Shown in pieces: positions 16,754 to 25,460 of a stretch of 53,980 nucleotides of DNA. The notes beneath the pieces were generated by a model, which had not been told where the DNA came from, did not search any database, and saw only the letters and a list, made by a program, of their open reading frames with translations. Source of the DNA: a bacterium (lineage in GTDB: Bacteria > UBA10199 > 2-02-FULL-44-16 > DYJF01); contig JBGSNL010000057.1 in the NCBI GenBank assembly GCA_041739675.1, forward strand, positions 1-53,980, written 5' to 3'. Numbering within the stretch: position 1 is the first letter of the stretch; each line of letters opens with the position of its first letter. A program made the position numbers and the translations under genes.

Positions 16754-18454
16754 TCATAAGCCCCTTTTCATCTTTTTGTATTTGATGCGGTGGACGTCGC
16801 GGGCCGCGTCGCCAAGGCGGCGGATGCGGTCGGCCTCGTAGTCGGCAAAGTTGCCCTCGAACCAGACGACACGCGAATCTCCTTCAAATGCCAGGATATG
16901 TGTGGCCACGCGGTCCAGAAACCAGCGGTCATGGCTGATGATGACGGCACATCCCGCAAAATTTTCCAGCGCAACCTCAAGGGCGCGAAGCGTGTTCACG
17001 TCAAGATCGTTGGTCGGCTCGTCCAAAAGGAGAACGTTGCCCGCATCCTTTAGGGTCATGGCAAGATGGACGCGGTTCCTTTCGCCGCCGGATAGAATTT
17101 TGATCTGTTTTTGCTGGTCCGTTCCCGAGAAGTTGAATCTTGCAACGTAAGCGCGGGAATTCACCTCGCGGCTGCCCAGAGTTATCATATCCGAACCGTC
17201 CGATATGCATTCCCAAACGGTGCGCTCGTCGTCAGGGGCAAAGCGGTCCTGGCGGACATAGCCGAGCTTCACAGTATCCCCCATTTTGAACGTGCCGCTG
17301 TCCGGCTTTTCCAGCTCCATGATAATTTTGAAGAGGGTCGTTTTGCCCGCGCCGTTGGGGCCGATGACGCCGACAATTCCGCCCTGCGGCAGCGAGAAGT
17401 TCATCTCTTCAAAAAGAAGATTGTCGCCGTAGGCCTTTGAAACATTTTTAGCCTCTATGACGGATGCGCCCAGACGCGGACCCGGCGGAATATAAATTTC
17501 AACATCCTCTTCAAGTCTGTCGCGGTCCTGCTTCAAGAGATTTTCGTAATTCGTGATGCGGGCCTTGCTCTTGGCGCGGCGGGCGGAAGGGGACTGGCGG
17601 ATCCATTCCAGTTCGCGGTCGACGGTTCTCAGGCGCTTCTTGTCGGAGCGCTCTTCCAGCGCCAGACGCTGCTCTTTTTGCTCCAGCCACGACGAATAGT
17701 TTCCCTTCCACGGGATTCCGTAGCCGCGGTCGAGCTCCAATATCCAACCCGCAACGTTGTCCAGAAAATAGCGGTCGTGGGTAACCGCGATGACGGTTCC
17801 TTTATATTCCTGCAGATGGCGTTCCAGCCACCAGACAGATTCAGCGTCCAGATGGTTGGTCGGTTCGTCGAGAAGCAGGATGTCAGGCTCTTTCAAAAGC
17901 AAGCGGCACAATGCGACTCGGCGTTTTTCGCCGCCGGAGAGGATCTCTATCAACTGATCGTCCGACGGACAGCGCAGGGCGTCCATTGCCAGTGACAGAC
18001 GGTTGTCCAGGTTCCACGCGTCCGCATGGTCGAGCTTCTCCTGCACCTTGGCCTGCCGCTCGAGGAGTTTTGTCATTTCATCGTCCGACATAGGGTTTGC
18101 GAACGCATTGTTGATCGCTTCGAATTCCTTCAGAAGGTCGACGACTTCCTGCACGCCCTCTGAAACCGTTTCCTTGACCGTTTTCTTCGGATCCAGCACC
18201 GGTTCCTGCTCCAAAAAACCGACGCTGTAATCTTTTGAGAAATGGACCTCACCGTTGTAGCCGTCGTCGACGCCGGCGATAATCTTCAAAAGCGAGCTTT
18301 TGCCGGAGCCGTTCAGCCCCAGGACGCCTATCTTTGCGCCGTAGTAGAAGCCCAGAGAAATATCCTTGAGGACCTGCTTTTTGGGCGGATGCACTCTGCT
18401 CACCTGATGCATCGAAAAGATTACTTTGCGCGATTCATTTTCCTGGTTTGCCAT
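16754..18454 (-). CDS. ettA: Energy-dependent translational throttle protein EttA (ABC-F)
   Basis: PPKKQVLKDISLGFYYGAKIGVLGLNGSGKS; two ABC domains; GIPWKGNYSSWLEQK; IYIPPGPRLG; HRIKYKK end. Confidence 0.93.
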   Translation of the reverse strand: MANQENESRKVIFSMHQVSRVHPPKKQVLKDISLGFYYGAKIGVLGLNGSGKSSLLKIIAGVDDGYNGEVHFSKDYSVGFLEQEPVLDPKKTVKETVSEGVQEVVDLLKEFEAINNAFANPMSDDEMTKLLERQAKVQEKLDHADAWNLDNRLSLAMDALRCPSDDQLIEILSGGEKRRVALCRLLLKEPDILLLDEPTNHLDAESVWWLERHLQEYKGTVIAVTHDRYFLDNVAGWILELDRGYGIPWKGNYSSWLEQKEQRLALEERSDKKRLRTVDRELEWIRQSPSARRAKSKARITNYENLLKQDRDRLEEDVEIYIPPGPRLGASVIEAKNVSKAYGDNLLFEEMNFSLPQGGIVGVIGPNGAGKTTLFKIIMELEKPDSGTFKMGDTVKLGYVRQDRFAPDDERTVWECISDGSDMITLGSREVNSRAYVARFNFSGTDQQKQIKILSGGERNRVHLAMTLKDAGNVLLLDEPTNDLDVNTLRALEVALENFAGCAVIISHDRWFLDRVATHILAFEGDSRVVWFEGNFADYEADRIRRLGDAARDVHRIKYKKMKRGL

Positions 18455-18472
18455 GGCGATTATTTCCTTTTT

Positions 18473-20305
18473 TCATGGATGAATTTTTTCAAGTTCGGCC
18501 CAGCGTTTGTAAAGACGGTCAATCTCGGATTCAAGCCCCGCAATTTCGGGCATCAGTTCTGCAAGACGGACGGCGTTGCTGACAATTTCGGGAAGCTCGC
18601 TTTCGGCCCGAAGCGTTTTAAGTTTCGCTTCGGCCTCGTGAATTTTCTCTTCCATGTGATCGAATTCGTACTGTTCCTTGAAACTCCACTTGCGTTTTGC
18701 GGCCTGCGGCGGAGTCGGAGCGGTTTTTTTGCGCGCACCGCTTGCCTGTGCGCGTTTTGCGGCCTGCTCGCCGGCGTATGCGCCCTCCCATTGTGAAAGG
18801 CTCGCAAATGAAACGATTCTGCCGGCGTTCGGGCCGTCCGGTTCGCCGAAGGCCAAGAGCCTATTGGCCACCTGATCCAGAAAATAGCGGTCGTGTGTCA
18901 CAAGGATCACTGCGCCGGGAAATTCCATCAGACACTGTTCCAGAACCTCAAGGGTCGCCATATCAAGATCGTTTGTCGGCTCGTCCAAAATCAAGACGTT
19001 GGCCTCCTTGAGCATCAGCCTTGCGATGAGGAGCCGGCTCTGCTCGCCGCCGGAGAGTCTTCCCACTTCCATGTTCATCTGTAGCTGGCTGAAATTGAAA
19101 CGGTCAAGATAGCTGCGCAGATGGATGTAGTTGCCGCGATATTTCACGTGATCGCCCGCGGGAGAGATCGTCTGCGCAACTGTTTCAGCGGGATCAAGCG
19201 TCTCGCGGTTTTGTTCAAAATAGACCACCTGAAGTTGATCGGAACGGTTCACGTGGCCGGCGTCTGGTTTTTCCTGCCCGACCAGAACTCTTATCAGCGT
19301 CGTCTTGCCGCAACCGTTCGCGCCAAGAAGCCCAAGGCGGAGGCCCGGCGTTATCAACAGATCGATATTTTTGAAGAGGAAACGGCCGTCGTAGGATTTG
19401 GCGATCCCTTTCGCCTCGATCAATTTTTTGGGATTGCGTTCGCTGGAGTGAAAATCGATCTGCGCGCTCCACACAGTGTTGCGATATTCGAGCTCCTCCA
19501 CCTCCTGCTTCAACTCCCCCGCCTGCTTTATGCGCGCATATTGCTTGGTGCTACGGGCGCGGGCGCCCTGCCGCAGCCATTCGGTCTCGCGCCTGAGCGT
19601 GTTTTTCAGCGCGAGTTCACGGCTCTCCTGGCCCGCCATCAGCTGCTCCTTGGTTTCAAGATAATCCGCATAGTCGCCCTTGATGCTCAAGAGCCCGCCC
19701 TCATTTCTGCGGTCCAGCTCCATGATGCGGTTGGAAACACGCTGCAGAAAGAGGCGGTCGTGTGTGACGGTCACCGTGGCAAAGGGCGCGTTCGCAAGAA
19801 AATCCTCGAGCCACAAAATGCTCTCCACGTCCAGATGGTTGGTGGGTTCGTCCAAGAGAACGAGATCGTGATCGCCAACAAGCACTCTGGCGAGCGCCAC
19901 GCGCTTTTTCCAGCCTCCGGACAGTTGCGCGACAGGGCTGTCTCCGCCGACGCCGTTTCGTCCGTCAAGACAGAAGCGCGACATGTACTCATGCACGATC
20001 GAGATGTGCGCCCAGTCGTGCGCGCCCGTCACGCCCGCCATGATCGCGTTCTCAACGGTGGCATCGGGGGCAAATGCGGGGATCTGCTCCAGCATCCCCA
20101 CCTTTAAACCGCGCTGCTTTGATATCGTTCCGCCGTCGGAAGTGTCGAGGCCGGCTATGATTCGAAGCAGCGTGGATTTGCCCGCTCCGTTCGGGCCGAT
20201 GAGGCCGATCCTCTCGCCTTCCTCTATGGCAAAGCTGATGCCGTCAAACAGGGGTCTTGCGGCATATGCCTTCTTAAGTTGTGTGCAGCTCAAAATCGCG
20301 GCCAT
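18473..20305 (-). CDS. uup: ABC-F family ATPase, Uup-like
   Basis: Two ABC domains, EWLRQGARARSTKQYARI linker, C-terminal coiled coil ending LYKRWAELE. Confidence 0.82.
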   Translation of the reverse strand: MAAILSCTQLKKAYAARPLFDGISFAIEEGERIGLIGPNGAGKSTLLRIIAGLDTSDGGTISKQRGLKVGMLEQIPAFAPDATVENAIMAGVTGAHDWAHISIVHEYMSRFCLDGRNGVGGDSPVAQLSGGWKKRVALARVLVGDHDLVLLDEPTNHLDVESILWLEDFLANAPFATVTVTHDRLFLQRVSNRIMELDRRNEGGLLSIKGDYADYLETKEQLMAGQESRELALKNTLRRETEWLRQGARARSTKQYARIKQAGELKQEVEELEYRNTVWSAQIDFHSSERNPKKLIEAKGIAKSYDGRFLFKNIDLLITPGLRLGLLGANGCGKTTLIRVLVGQEKPDAGHVNRSDQLQVVYFEQNRETLDPAETVAQTISPAGDHVKYRGNYIHLRSYLDRFNFSQLQMNMEVGRLSGGEQSRLLIARLMLKEANVLILDEPTNDLDMATLEVLEQCLMEFPGAVILVTHDRYFLDQVANRLLAFGEPDGPNAGRIVSFASLSQWEGAYAGEQAAKRAQASGARKKTAPTPPQAAKRKWSFKEQYEFDHMEEKIHEAEAKLKTLRAESELPEIVSNAVRLAELMPEIAGLESEIDRLYKRWAELEKIHP

Positions 20306-20429
20306 GTTTTTTAATAACCCACCCGCGGCCTTTTTGACCAGCTAAAATTGGAGCAAGGTTAGAGATGACATTGTATCTTTTATAGGGTACGAACTGAACT
20401 CACGCATTAAACCGTCAAGAGGAGGAAAC

Positions 20430-21245
20430 ATGATCGACCTTGAAAAATTGCATCAGTCGCGAAAGTTTATCGTGATCGGCATCGCCGTTGTCATCGGGCT
20501 TATTTTATTGTCCAAGGCGGTTGTCGTCATTCCGGCGGGCCACGTTGGAGTGAAAGATCTCTTCGGCAACGTTTACGAAGATACCCTCGATGCGGGCATC
20601 CATGTCGTAAATCCGCTGCTTAAAATCAACAAGATGAGCGTACGCACGCAGCAGGTCACCGAAGAGGCGACCGTCCCATCGCGTGAGGGGCTGGCGGTCA
20701 ATATCGATCTTACCGTTCTCTTCGCCCTCAAACCGCGGGTAGCGGCGAATGTCTACAAGACGATCGGCATGGACTACGTCAACATTGTCATTGTCCCGCA
20801 ACTGCGCTCGGTGGTGCGCGGTGTGACCGCCGGCTACGATGCCAAGGCCCTCTATACAACGGAGCGCGAGGCCCTTGCCACGCAGATGAGCGATCAGCTG
20901 CGCCCCATGCTTGAGGCGCGCGGTGTGGAGCTGGAACGCGTGATGCTGCGGTCGGTCAAGCTCCCGGAAATTTTGTCGATGGCCATTGAAAAAAAGCTGG
21001 AAGCCGAGCAGCAGGCTGAACAGATGAAATTCGTGCTCGATCGCGAGCTGCAGGAAGCCGAACGAAAGAGAATCGAGGCGAAAGGTATCAGCGATTATAA
21101 CCTGGAAGTCACACGAGGGCTCAACGACGGGATTCTGACGCTTCGCGGAATTGAGGCAACACGTGAACTCGCCAAAAGCGAAAACACAAAGATCGTGGTC
21201 GTCGGCGGAAAAGACGGCTTGCCCCTTATACTGGGCGACAAATAG
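20430..21245 (+). CDS. Prohibitin/SPFH (band 7) membrane protein
   Basis: N-terminal TM helix, VIPAGHVGV, AIEKKLEAEQQAEQMKF...EAERKRIEAKGI, GLPLILG. Confidence 0.9.
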   Translation: MIDLEKLHQSRKFIVIGIAVVIGLILLSKAVVVIPAGHVGVKDLFGNVYEDTLDAGIHVVNPLLKINKMSVRTQQVTEEATVPSREGLAVNIDLTVLFALKPRVAANVYKTIGMDYVNIVIVPQLRSVVRGVTAGYDAKALYTTEREALATQMSDQLRPMLEARGVELERVMLRSVKLPEILSMAIEKKLEAEQQAEQMKFVLDRELQEAERKRIEAKGISDYNLEVTRGLNDGILTLRGIEATRELAKSENTKIVVVGGKDGLPLILGDK

Positions 21246-21336
21246 CGGGAAGAAAATATGAGATTGCAGATTTTCGTTGATAGATGACGAATAATCATTC
21301 ATCATATGGCGTCTTTACAAACATAAGGAGGGACAT

Positions 21337-21594
21337 ATGGCAGGAAAACCCAATTCGGCATTTATGAAACCGGTAACACCGGACTCGGTTCTGGCGGAAG
21401 TCGTGGGCAGCGAACCCATTCCGCGCACGGAAATCACAAAGAAGCTCTGGGTCTATATCAAGAAGAACGGTCTGCAGGATGCAAAAAACAAAAGGAACAT
21501 CAATGCGGACGCGAAGCTTCTGGCTGTCTTTGACGGCAAGAAAACGGTCAACATGTTTGAAATGACCAAGCTTGTCGCAAAGCACGTGAAGTAA
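21337..21594 (+). CDS. SWIB/MDM2 domain protein
   Basis: LAEVVG...RTEITKKLWVYIKKNGLQD..NKRNINAD..L...MFEMTKLVAKH. Confidence 0.92.
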   Translation: MAGKPNSAFMKPVTPDSVLAEVVGSEPIPRTEITKKLWVYIKKNGLQDAKNKRNINADAKLLAVFDGKKTVNMFEMTKLVAKHVK

Positions 21595-21627
21595 ATTCGA
21601 TATAAAGCAACATATGCCGCATAATCA

Positions 21628-21654
21628 AACGGCGCGAGTTTTACTCGCGCCGTT
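21628..21654. terminator. Hairpin between convergent genes, probable terminator
   Basis: AACGGCGCGAGT-TTT-ACTCGCGCCGTT perfect 12-bp stem. Confidence 0.7.
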
Positions 21655-21682
21655 CATTTATCAGCCGTGACCTCCGGCTATT

Positions 21683-23380
21683 CTATCTTACAATCAAACT
21701 GCAACCGCCGCCCGATGCCGCCACTGAAGTGTCCTCGCCTGTGGTATCATCGGCAGGTGCCTCCGTATCCGCCACGGCCACTTCATTTTTGCAGCTGCTG
21801 TCGCAGCCGTCGCCGTTAGCGGTGTTCGCGTCGTCGCACTCTTCGGTTCCGCCGTTGTTAATTGAACCGTCGCCGCAGAATTCCGTCTGGCATGTAGAGC
21901 TGCAGCCGTCGGCATTCAGGAAATTTCCGTCATCGCACAGCTCGCCGCAACGCGCGTTGAGTTTGGCGTTGCCGCAGGTGGAACCCTTGCCGGAGCAAAG
22001 GCCCGCGCCGTCGCATGTGTCGGTTGCCGAGCAGGTGTTGTTGTCATCGCAGGCGCTTCCGAGAGCTTCAAACTGGCAGGTTGCGCTGCAGCAATCGCCG
22101 CCAACCGCGTTGCCGTCATCGCACTGCTCCAGCCCCGCATTATTTATGATGCTGTCGCCGCAGATTTCGGAGACGCAGGTTGCGTTGCAACCGTCGCCGT
22201 CGACGATGTTTCCATCATCGCACTGTTCTGCGCCGGCGTTGTTGATAGTGCCGTCGCCGCATGTTTCAGTCCCGCAAGTTGCGTTGCAGCCGTCGCCGTC
22301 GACAAGGTTTCCGTCGTCGCAGACTTCGGTTCCGTTGTTGTTGACCACACCGTCTCCGCATACTTCAACCTGGCAGGTGAAATTGCAGCCGTCGCCGTTT
22401 TCAATGTTGCCGTCGTCGCACGCTTCGGTTCCGTTGTTGTTCACAAAACCGTCGCCGCAGATTTCGGTCTGGCAGGTGGCGTTGCAGCCGTCGCCGTCAA
22501 CTATATTTCCGTCGTCGCACTGCTCCAAGCCTGCGTTGTTCACGGAACCGTCGCCGCAGAATTCGGTCTGGCAGGTTGCGCTGCAACCGTCGGCGCTCTC
22601 AAGATTGCCGTCGTCGCACTGTTCGGCGCAGCCCGCTTCAAGACTGCCGTTGCCGCAGGTGGATCCGCCGCCCGTGCAGAGACCCGCACCGTCGCACTGA
22701 TCGATTGCGGAGCAGGTGTTGCTGTCGTCGCAGGCGCTTCCCAGAGCTTCAAGCTGGCAGGTTGCATCGCAGCAGTCTCCGCTGACGGCGTTGCCGTCGT
22801 CGCACTGCTCCAGTCCCGCATTATTTATGATGCTGTCGCCGCAGATTTCCAACTGGCAAGTTGCGTTGCAGCCGTCTAAGTCATCCGTATTTCCGTCGTC
22901 GCACTGTTCGCCGATTTCCACGAAGGAGTTACCGCACGCGGCGATGACATCATCCTCGATGATCGTGAGCACTGCCGCCGACGGATCGTCGAGCACTGCA
23001 TCGACCGGATTCGACAACGTGAGCAGCACCGTCTCGTCGCCCTCTGCATAGATATCGTCGATGATGGGAACAGTCACGCTTCTTGTGAGCCTGAAAGCGC
23101 CGAAAGTCACCGTCGCCGCTGTTTCTGTGTAATCGGTCCCGGCGGTGGCCGTGCCCGCGCCTGTCGTGAAGTCCACGCTCACGGTGCGAAAAATATCCAT
23201 GATGTCGCTGATACTTCTTGTTATCGTGATCGTGACCTCGGTGCCGTTTTCATTCTGGCTGAAATTCTCGGCGCCGAAATATATTTTGCTTTCCGCGTGG
23301 GCCGCGAAAAGCGGTGCTCCCGCGAAAACGATTGCCAGCACGCCCGCGATCAGCAACTTTCTCAAGTTCGACATACGCAT
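21683..23380 (-). CDS. Secreted Calx-beta + Myxococcus-type cysteine-rich repeat (DUF4215-like) surface protein
   Basis: Signal peptide (AHA-E); Calx-beta GTATAGTDY...IIDD..EGDET; many CGDG...EQCDDGN..DGDGC..TC repeats; C-terminal GGGCSLIVR. Confidence 0.85.
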   Translation of the reverse strand: MRMSNLRKLLIAGVLAIVFAGAPLFAAHAESKIYFGAENFSQNENGTEVTITITRSISDIMDIFRTVSVDFTTGAGTATAGTDYTETAATVTFGAFRLTRSVTVPIIDDIYAEGDETVLLTLSNPVDAVLDDPSAAVLTIIEDDVIAACGNSFVEIGEQCDDGNTDDLDGCNATCQLEICGDSIINNAGLEQCDDGNAVSGDCCDATCQLEALGSACDDSNTCSAIDQCDGAGLCTGGGSTCGNGSLEAGCAEQCDDGNLESADGCSATCQTEFCGDGSVNNAGLEQCDDGNIVDGDGCNATCQTEICGDGFVNNNGTEACDDGNIENGDGCNFTCQVEVCGDGVVNNNGTEVCDDGNLVDGDGCNATCGTETCGDGTINNAGAEQCDDGNIVDGDGCNATCVSEICGDSIINNAGLEQCDDGNAVGGDCCSATCQFEALGSACDDNNTCSATDTCDGAGLCSGKGSTCGNAKLNARCGELCDDGNFLNADGCSSTCQTEFCGDGSINNGGTEECDDANTANGDGCDSSCKNEVAVADTEAPADDTTGEDTSVAASGGGCSLIVR

Positions 23381-23540
23381 ACCTCCTTCAAGTACTTGTT
23401 ATAAGGCCGCTAAGTTTGCGGAGCATTAATGCGCCGGAGGGCACATTGTCAATAAATTACTTGTGATTTTAGGACTTTAGCCGCCTGTGAGGAGGGTCCC
23501 GGATCGTAAGGCTTCGAAATTACTTGGTATTGCGCGCTAA

Positions 23541-24314
23541 TCAGGGATGTTCGACGTCGGCCATCGTCGTGATGTCGGCGGCGATCGGCGTGGGCGCGTT
23601 GGCGGTGCCCACTATCCAGTCGTCGGGGTTTTGCCAGTCGGCGTCCTGCGTTTTTGCAAAGTAGACGACGACGGCGCCGGCGGCTTCCAGAATTCTTAAC
23701 TCCGGCAACTCATACACGTAAAATATGCGGTTGGCCCTGGCCCCCTCAACGAAGCACCATGCGTTGACGGGGATGCCAGTTGCGGCCAAAAACGTGGTTG
23801 CCATATCGGCGTAGCGCTGCGAGTAGCTTCCCCAGATTTGGTCGGCCACTTCGAAAGTGAGCGGAAAGGGATCCGTATAGGTGATGCCGTAGATCGTGAC
23901 CTGGCCGTCCGTTCCATTTCCGCGGTCGTACCAGTGCTCCTGCGTCATAAGGACGTAGGACGGATACTGCAACGAGGTTTGAGCCCCCTCGTCCCATATT
24001 CCGCAATTGATCGGCACCGCCTGCGCGTTGCAATGGACGTTGATCGAATCGAGGACCCTCACGAGGCTGCCGTGATTTCCCGGCCCCGACCAGTACCCCA
24101 TGTTGACAGTCGTGCCGGCCTCCACAAGAAGCGGTTCGTACGACGTCGCATCGTCCACAAGTTGTGCCGTGAAATCCGCGCTTGCGGTCTCGGCGAGCTT
24201 GACTGTGGGATCTGTGAATATCGGAACGTAAGGATCGAACGTGTTCGTGATGCCGCCGCACGCGGAGATGAGACAAGCCGCGGCCAGAAAGAAGAATAAT
24301 TTTTTGATTTTCAT
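23541..24314 (-). CDS. Lipoprotein with ADP-ribosyl cyclase/NAD glycohydrolase (CD38-like) motifs
   Basis: Lipobox ISA-C19; YWSG, IWGSYSQRYA and IFYVYELPEL motifs in the order found in ADP-ribosyl cyclases (function inferred). Confidence 0.55.
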   Translation of the reverse strand: MKIKKLFFFLAAACLISACGGITNTFDPYVPIFTDPTVKLAETASADFTAQLVDDATSYEPLLVEAGTTVNMGYWSGPGNHGSLVRVLDSINVHCNAQAVPINCGIWDEGAQTSLQYPSYVLMTQEHWYDRGNGTDGQVTIYGITYTDPFPLTFEVADQIWGSYSQRYADMATTFLAATGIPVNAWCFVEGARANRIFYVYELPELRILEAAGAVVVYFAKTQDADWQNPDDWIVGTANAPTPIAADITTMADVEHP

Positions 24315-24326
24315 ATCGCCCCCAAA

Positions 24327-25421
24327 CTATACGTTGAACCTGAAGTGGATGATGTCGCCGTCGGCGACGGTGTATTCGTGGCCCTCAATCTTCACGTGGC
24401 CGTCCTCTTTGACCTTATGCTCCGAGCCGGCGGCCATGAGTTGACCGTAGGTGTAGACCTCGGCGCGCACGAAACCTTTTTCGAAATCGGTATGGATCTT
24501 TCCGGCGGCCTGAGGCGCTTTGGTGCCGCGCTTGACCGTCCATGCGCGCACCTCAGGGCCGTCTTTCGTGAAAAATGTGATGAGATCCAAAAGTTTGTAG
24601 CCTGCGTGGATGAGCCGCGGAAGGCTTGGCTCTGTGAGCCCCAGATCGGTCAGAAAATCTTTTTTTTCTTCGTCTGAAAGATCGGCGAGTTCCGCTTCAA
24701 TTCCGCCGCAGATCGAAACCGCCTGAGCTTTTTCCTTGGCGGCAAGCACCTCCACTGTTCTCACGAGCTGCGAAGGATTTTTGATGTCGGTTTCGTTCGC
24801 GTTGCACACATATAAAACCGGCTTGTCGGTGAGCAGGGAGAGATCTTTTATATGCGCCTGCTCGCTCTCTTGCAGCCCCAGAAGCCTGATGGGGGTTCCC
24901 GTCTCAAGCGCCTTTTTCACCTTTTCATAAGTTGGAAAAATCGCCTTCGCGTCTTTTTCGCCTGAGTGGGCCGCGTGCGCAATCTTGTCATACCGTTTGC
25001 CGATGGTTTCAAGATCGGCAAGGAGAAGCTCCGTGTTCACAATTTCTATATCGTGCAGCGGATCGATTTTTTCATATGGATGCGTGACCTGCGGCGCATC
25101 GAAGCAGCGCACGACATGGGCAATAGCGTCCACCTCGCGGATGTGGCCCAGGAATTTGTTTCCCAACCCCTCGCCCTTGTGCGCGTTTTCGACCAGCCCT
25201 GCGATATCGACAAACTCCACCATTGTCGGCACGACGCGCTCCGGTTTGAAAATAGCGGCGATCTTGTCCAGTCTTTCATCTGGGACCGCGACCATTCCTT
25301 TGTGATGATCGGTCGTGCAGAAGGGATAATTTTCCGCGGGCACGTGCGCCGCGGTCATCGCGTTGAAGATTGTTGATTTTCCGACGTTGGGAAGGCCAAC
25401 TATGCCGCAATTGAAACCCAT
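24327..25421 (-). CDS. ychF: Redox-regulated ATPase YchF (Obg family)
   Basis: GIVGLPNVGKST, NYPFCT, DIAGLV..AHKGEGLGNKFL, APQAAGKIHTDFEKGF, HFRFNV end. Confidence 0.96.
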   Translation of the reverse strand: MGFNCGIVGLPNVGKSTIFNAMTAAHVPAENYPFCTTDHHKGMVAVPDERLDKIAAIFKPERVVPTMVEFVDIAGLVENAHKGEGLGNKFLGHIREVDAIAHVVRCFDAPQVTHPYEKIDPLHDIEIVNTELLLADLETIGKRYDKIAHAAHSGEKDAKAIFPTYEKVKKALETGTPIRLLGLQESEQAHIKDLSLLTDKPVLYVCNANETDIKNPSQLVRTVEVLAAKEKAQAVSICGGIEAELADLSDEEKKDFLTDLGLTEPSLPRLIHAGYKLLDLITFFTKDGPEVRAWTVKRGTKAPQAAGKIHTDFEKGFVRAEVYTYGQLMAAGSEHKVKEDGHVKIEGHEYTVADGDIIHFRFNV

Positions 25422-25460
25422 GCGGCCATATTGCCAGAGAAGCGGGAATAATTCAATATT

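Noticed and set aside
19121..20107. Long antisense ORFs (also 20505-21305, 21729-22700, 36947-37906, 48575-49576, 50566-51702)
   Set aside because: Shadow frames opposite well-supported GC-rich genes, with no recognisable motifs
16754..20305. Tandem ABC-F genes as antibiotic resistance factors
   Set aside because: Sequence features fit the housekeeping EttA and Uup subfamilies
21337..21594. SWIB domain as evidence of a eukaryotic gene transfer or host effector
   Set aside because: Stand-alone SWIB proteins are widespread in bacteria, and this one has no secretion signal
21780..22940. DNA repeats in the Cys-rich gene as a diversity-generating or CRISPR-like array
   Set aside because: They are in-frame coding repeats of a known Cys-rich motif; no reverse transcriptase, template repeat or cas gene is nearby
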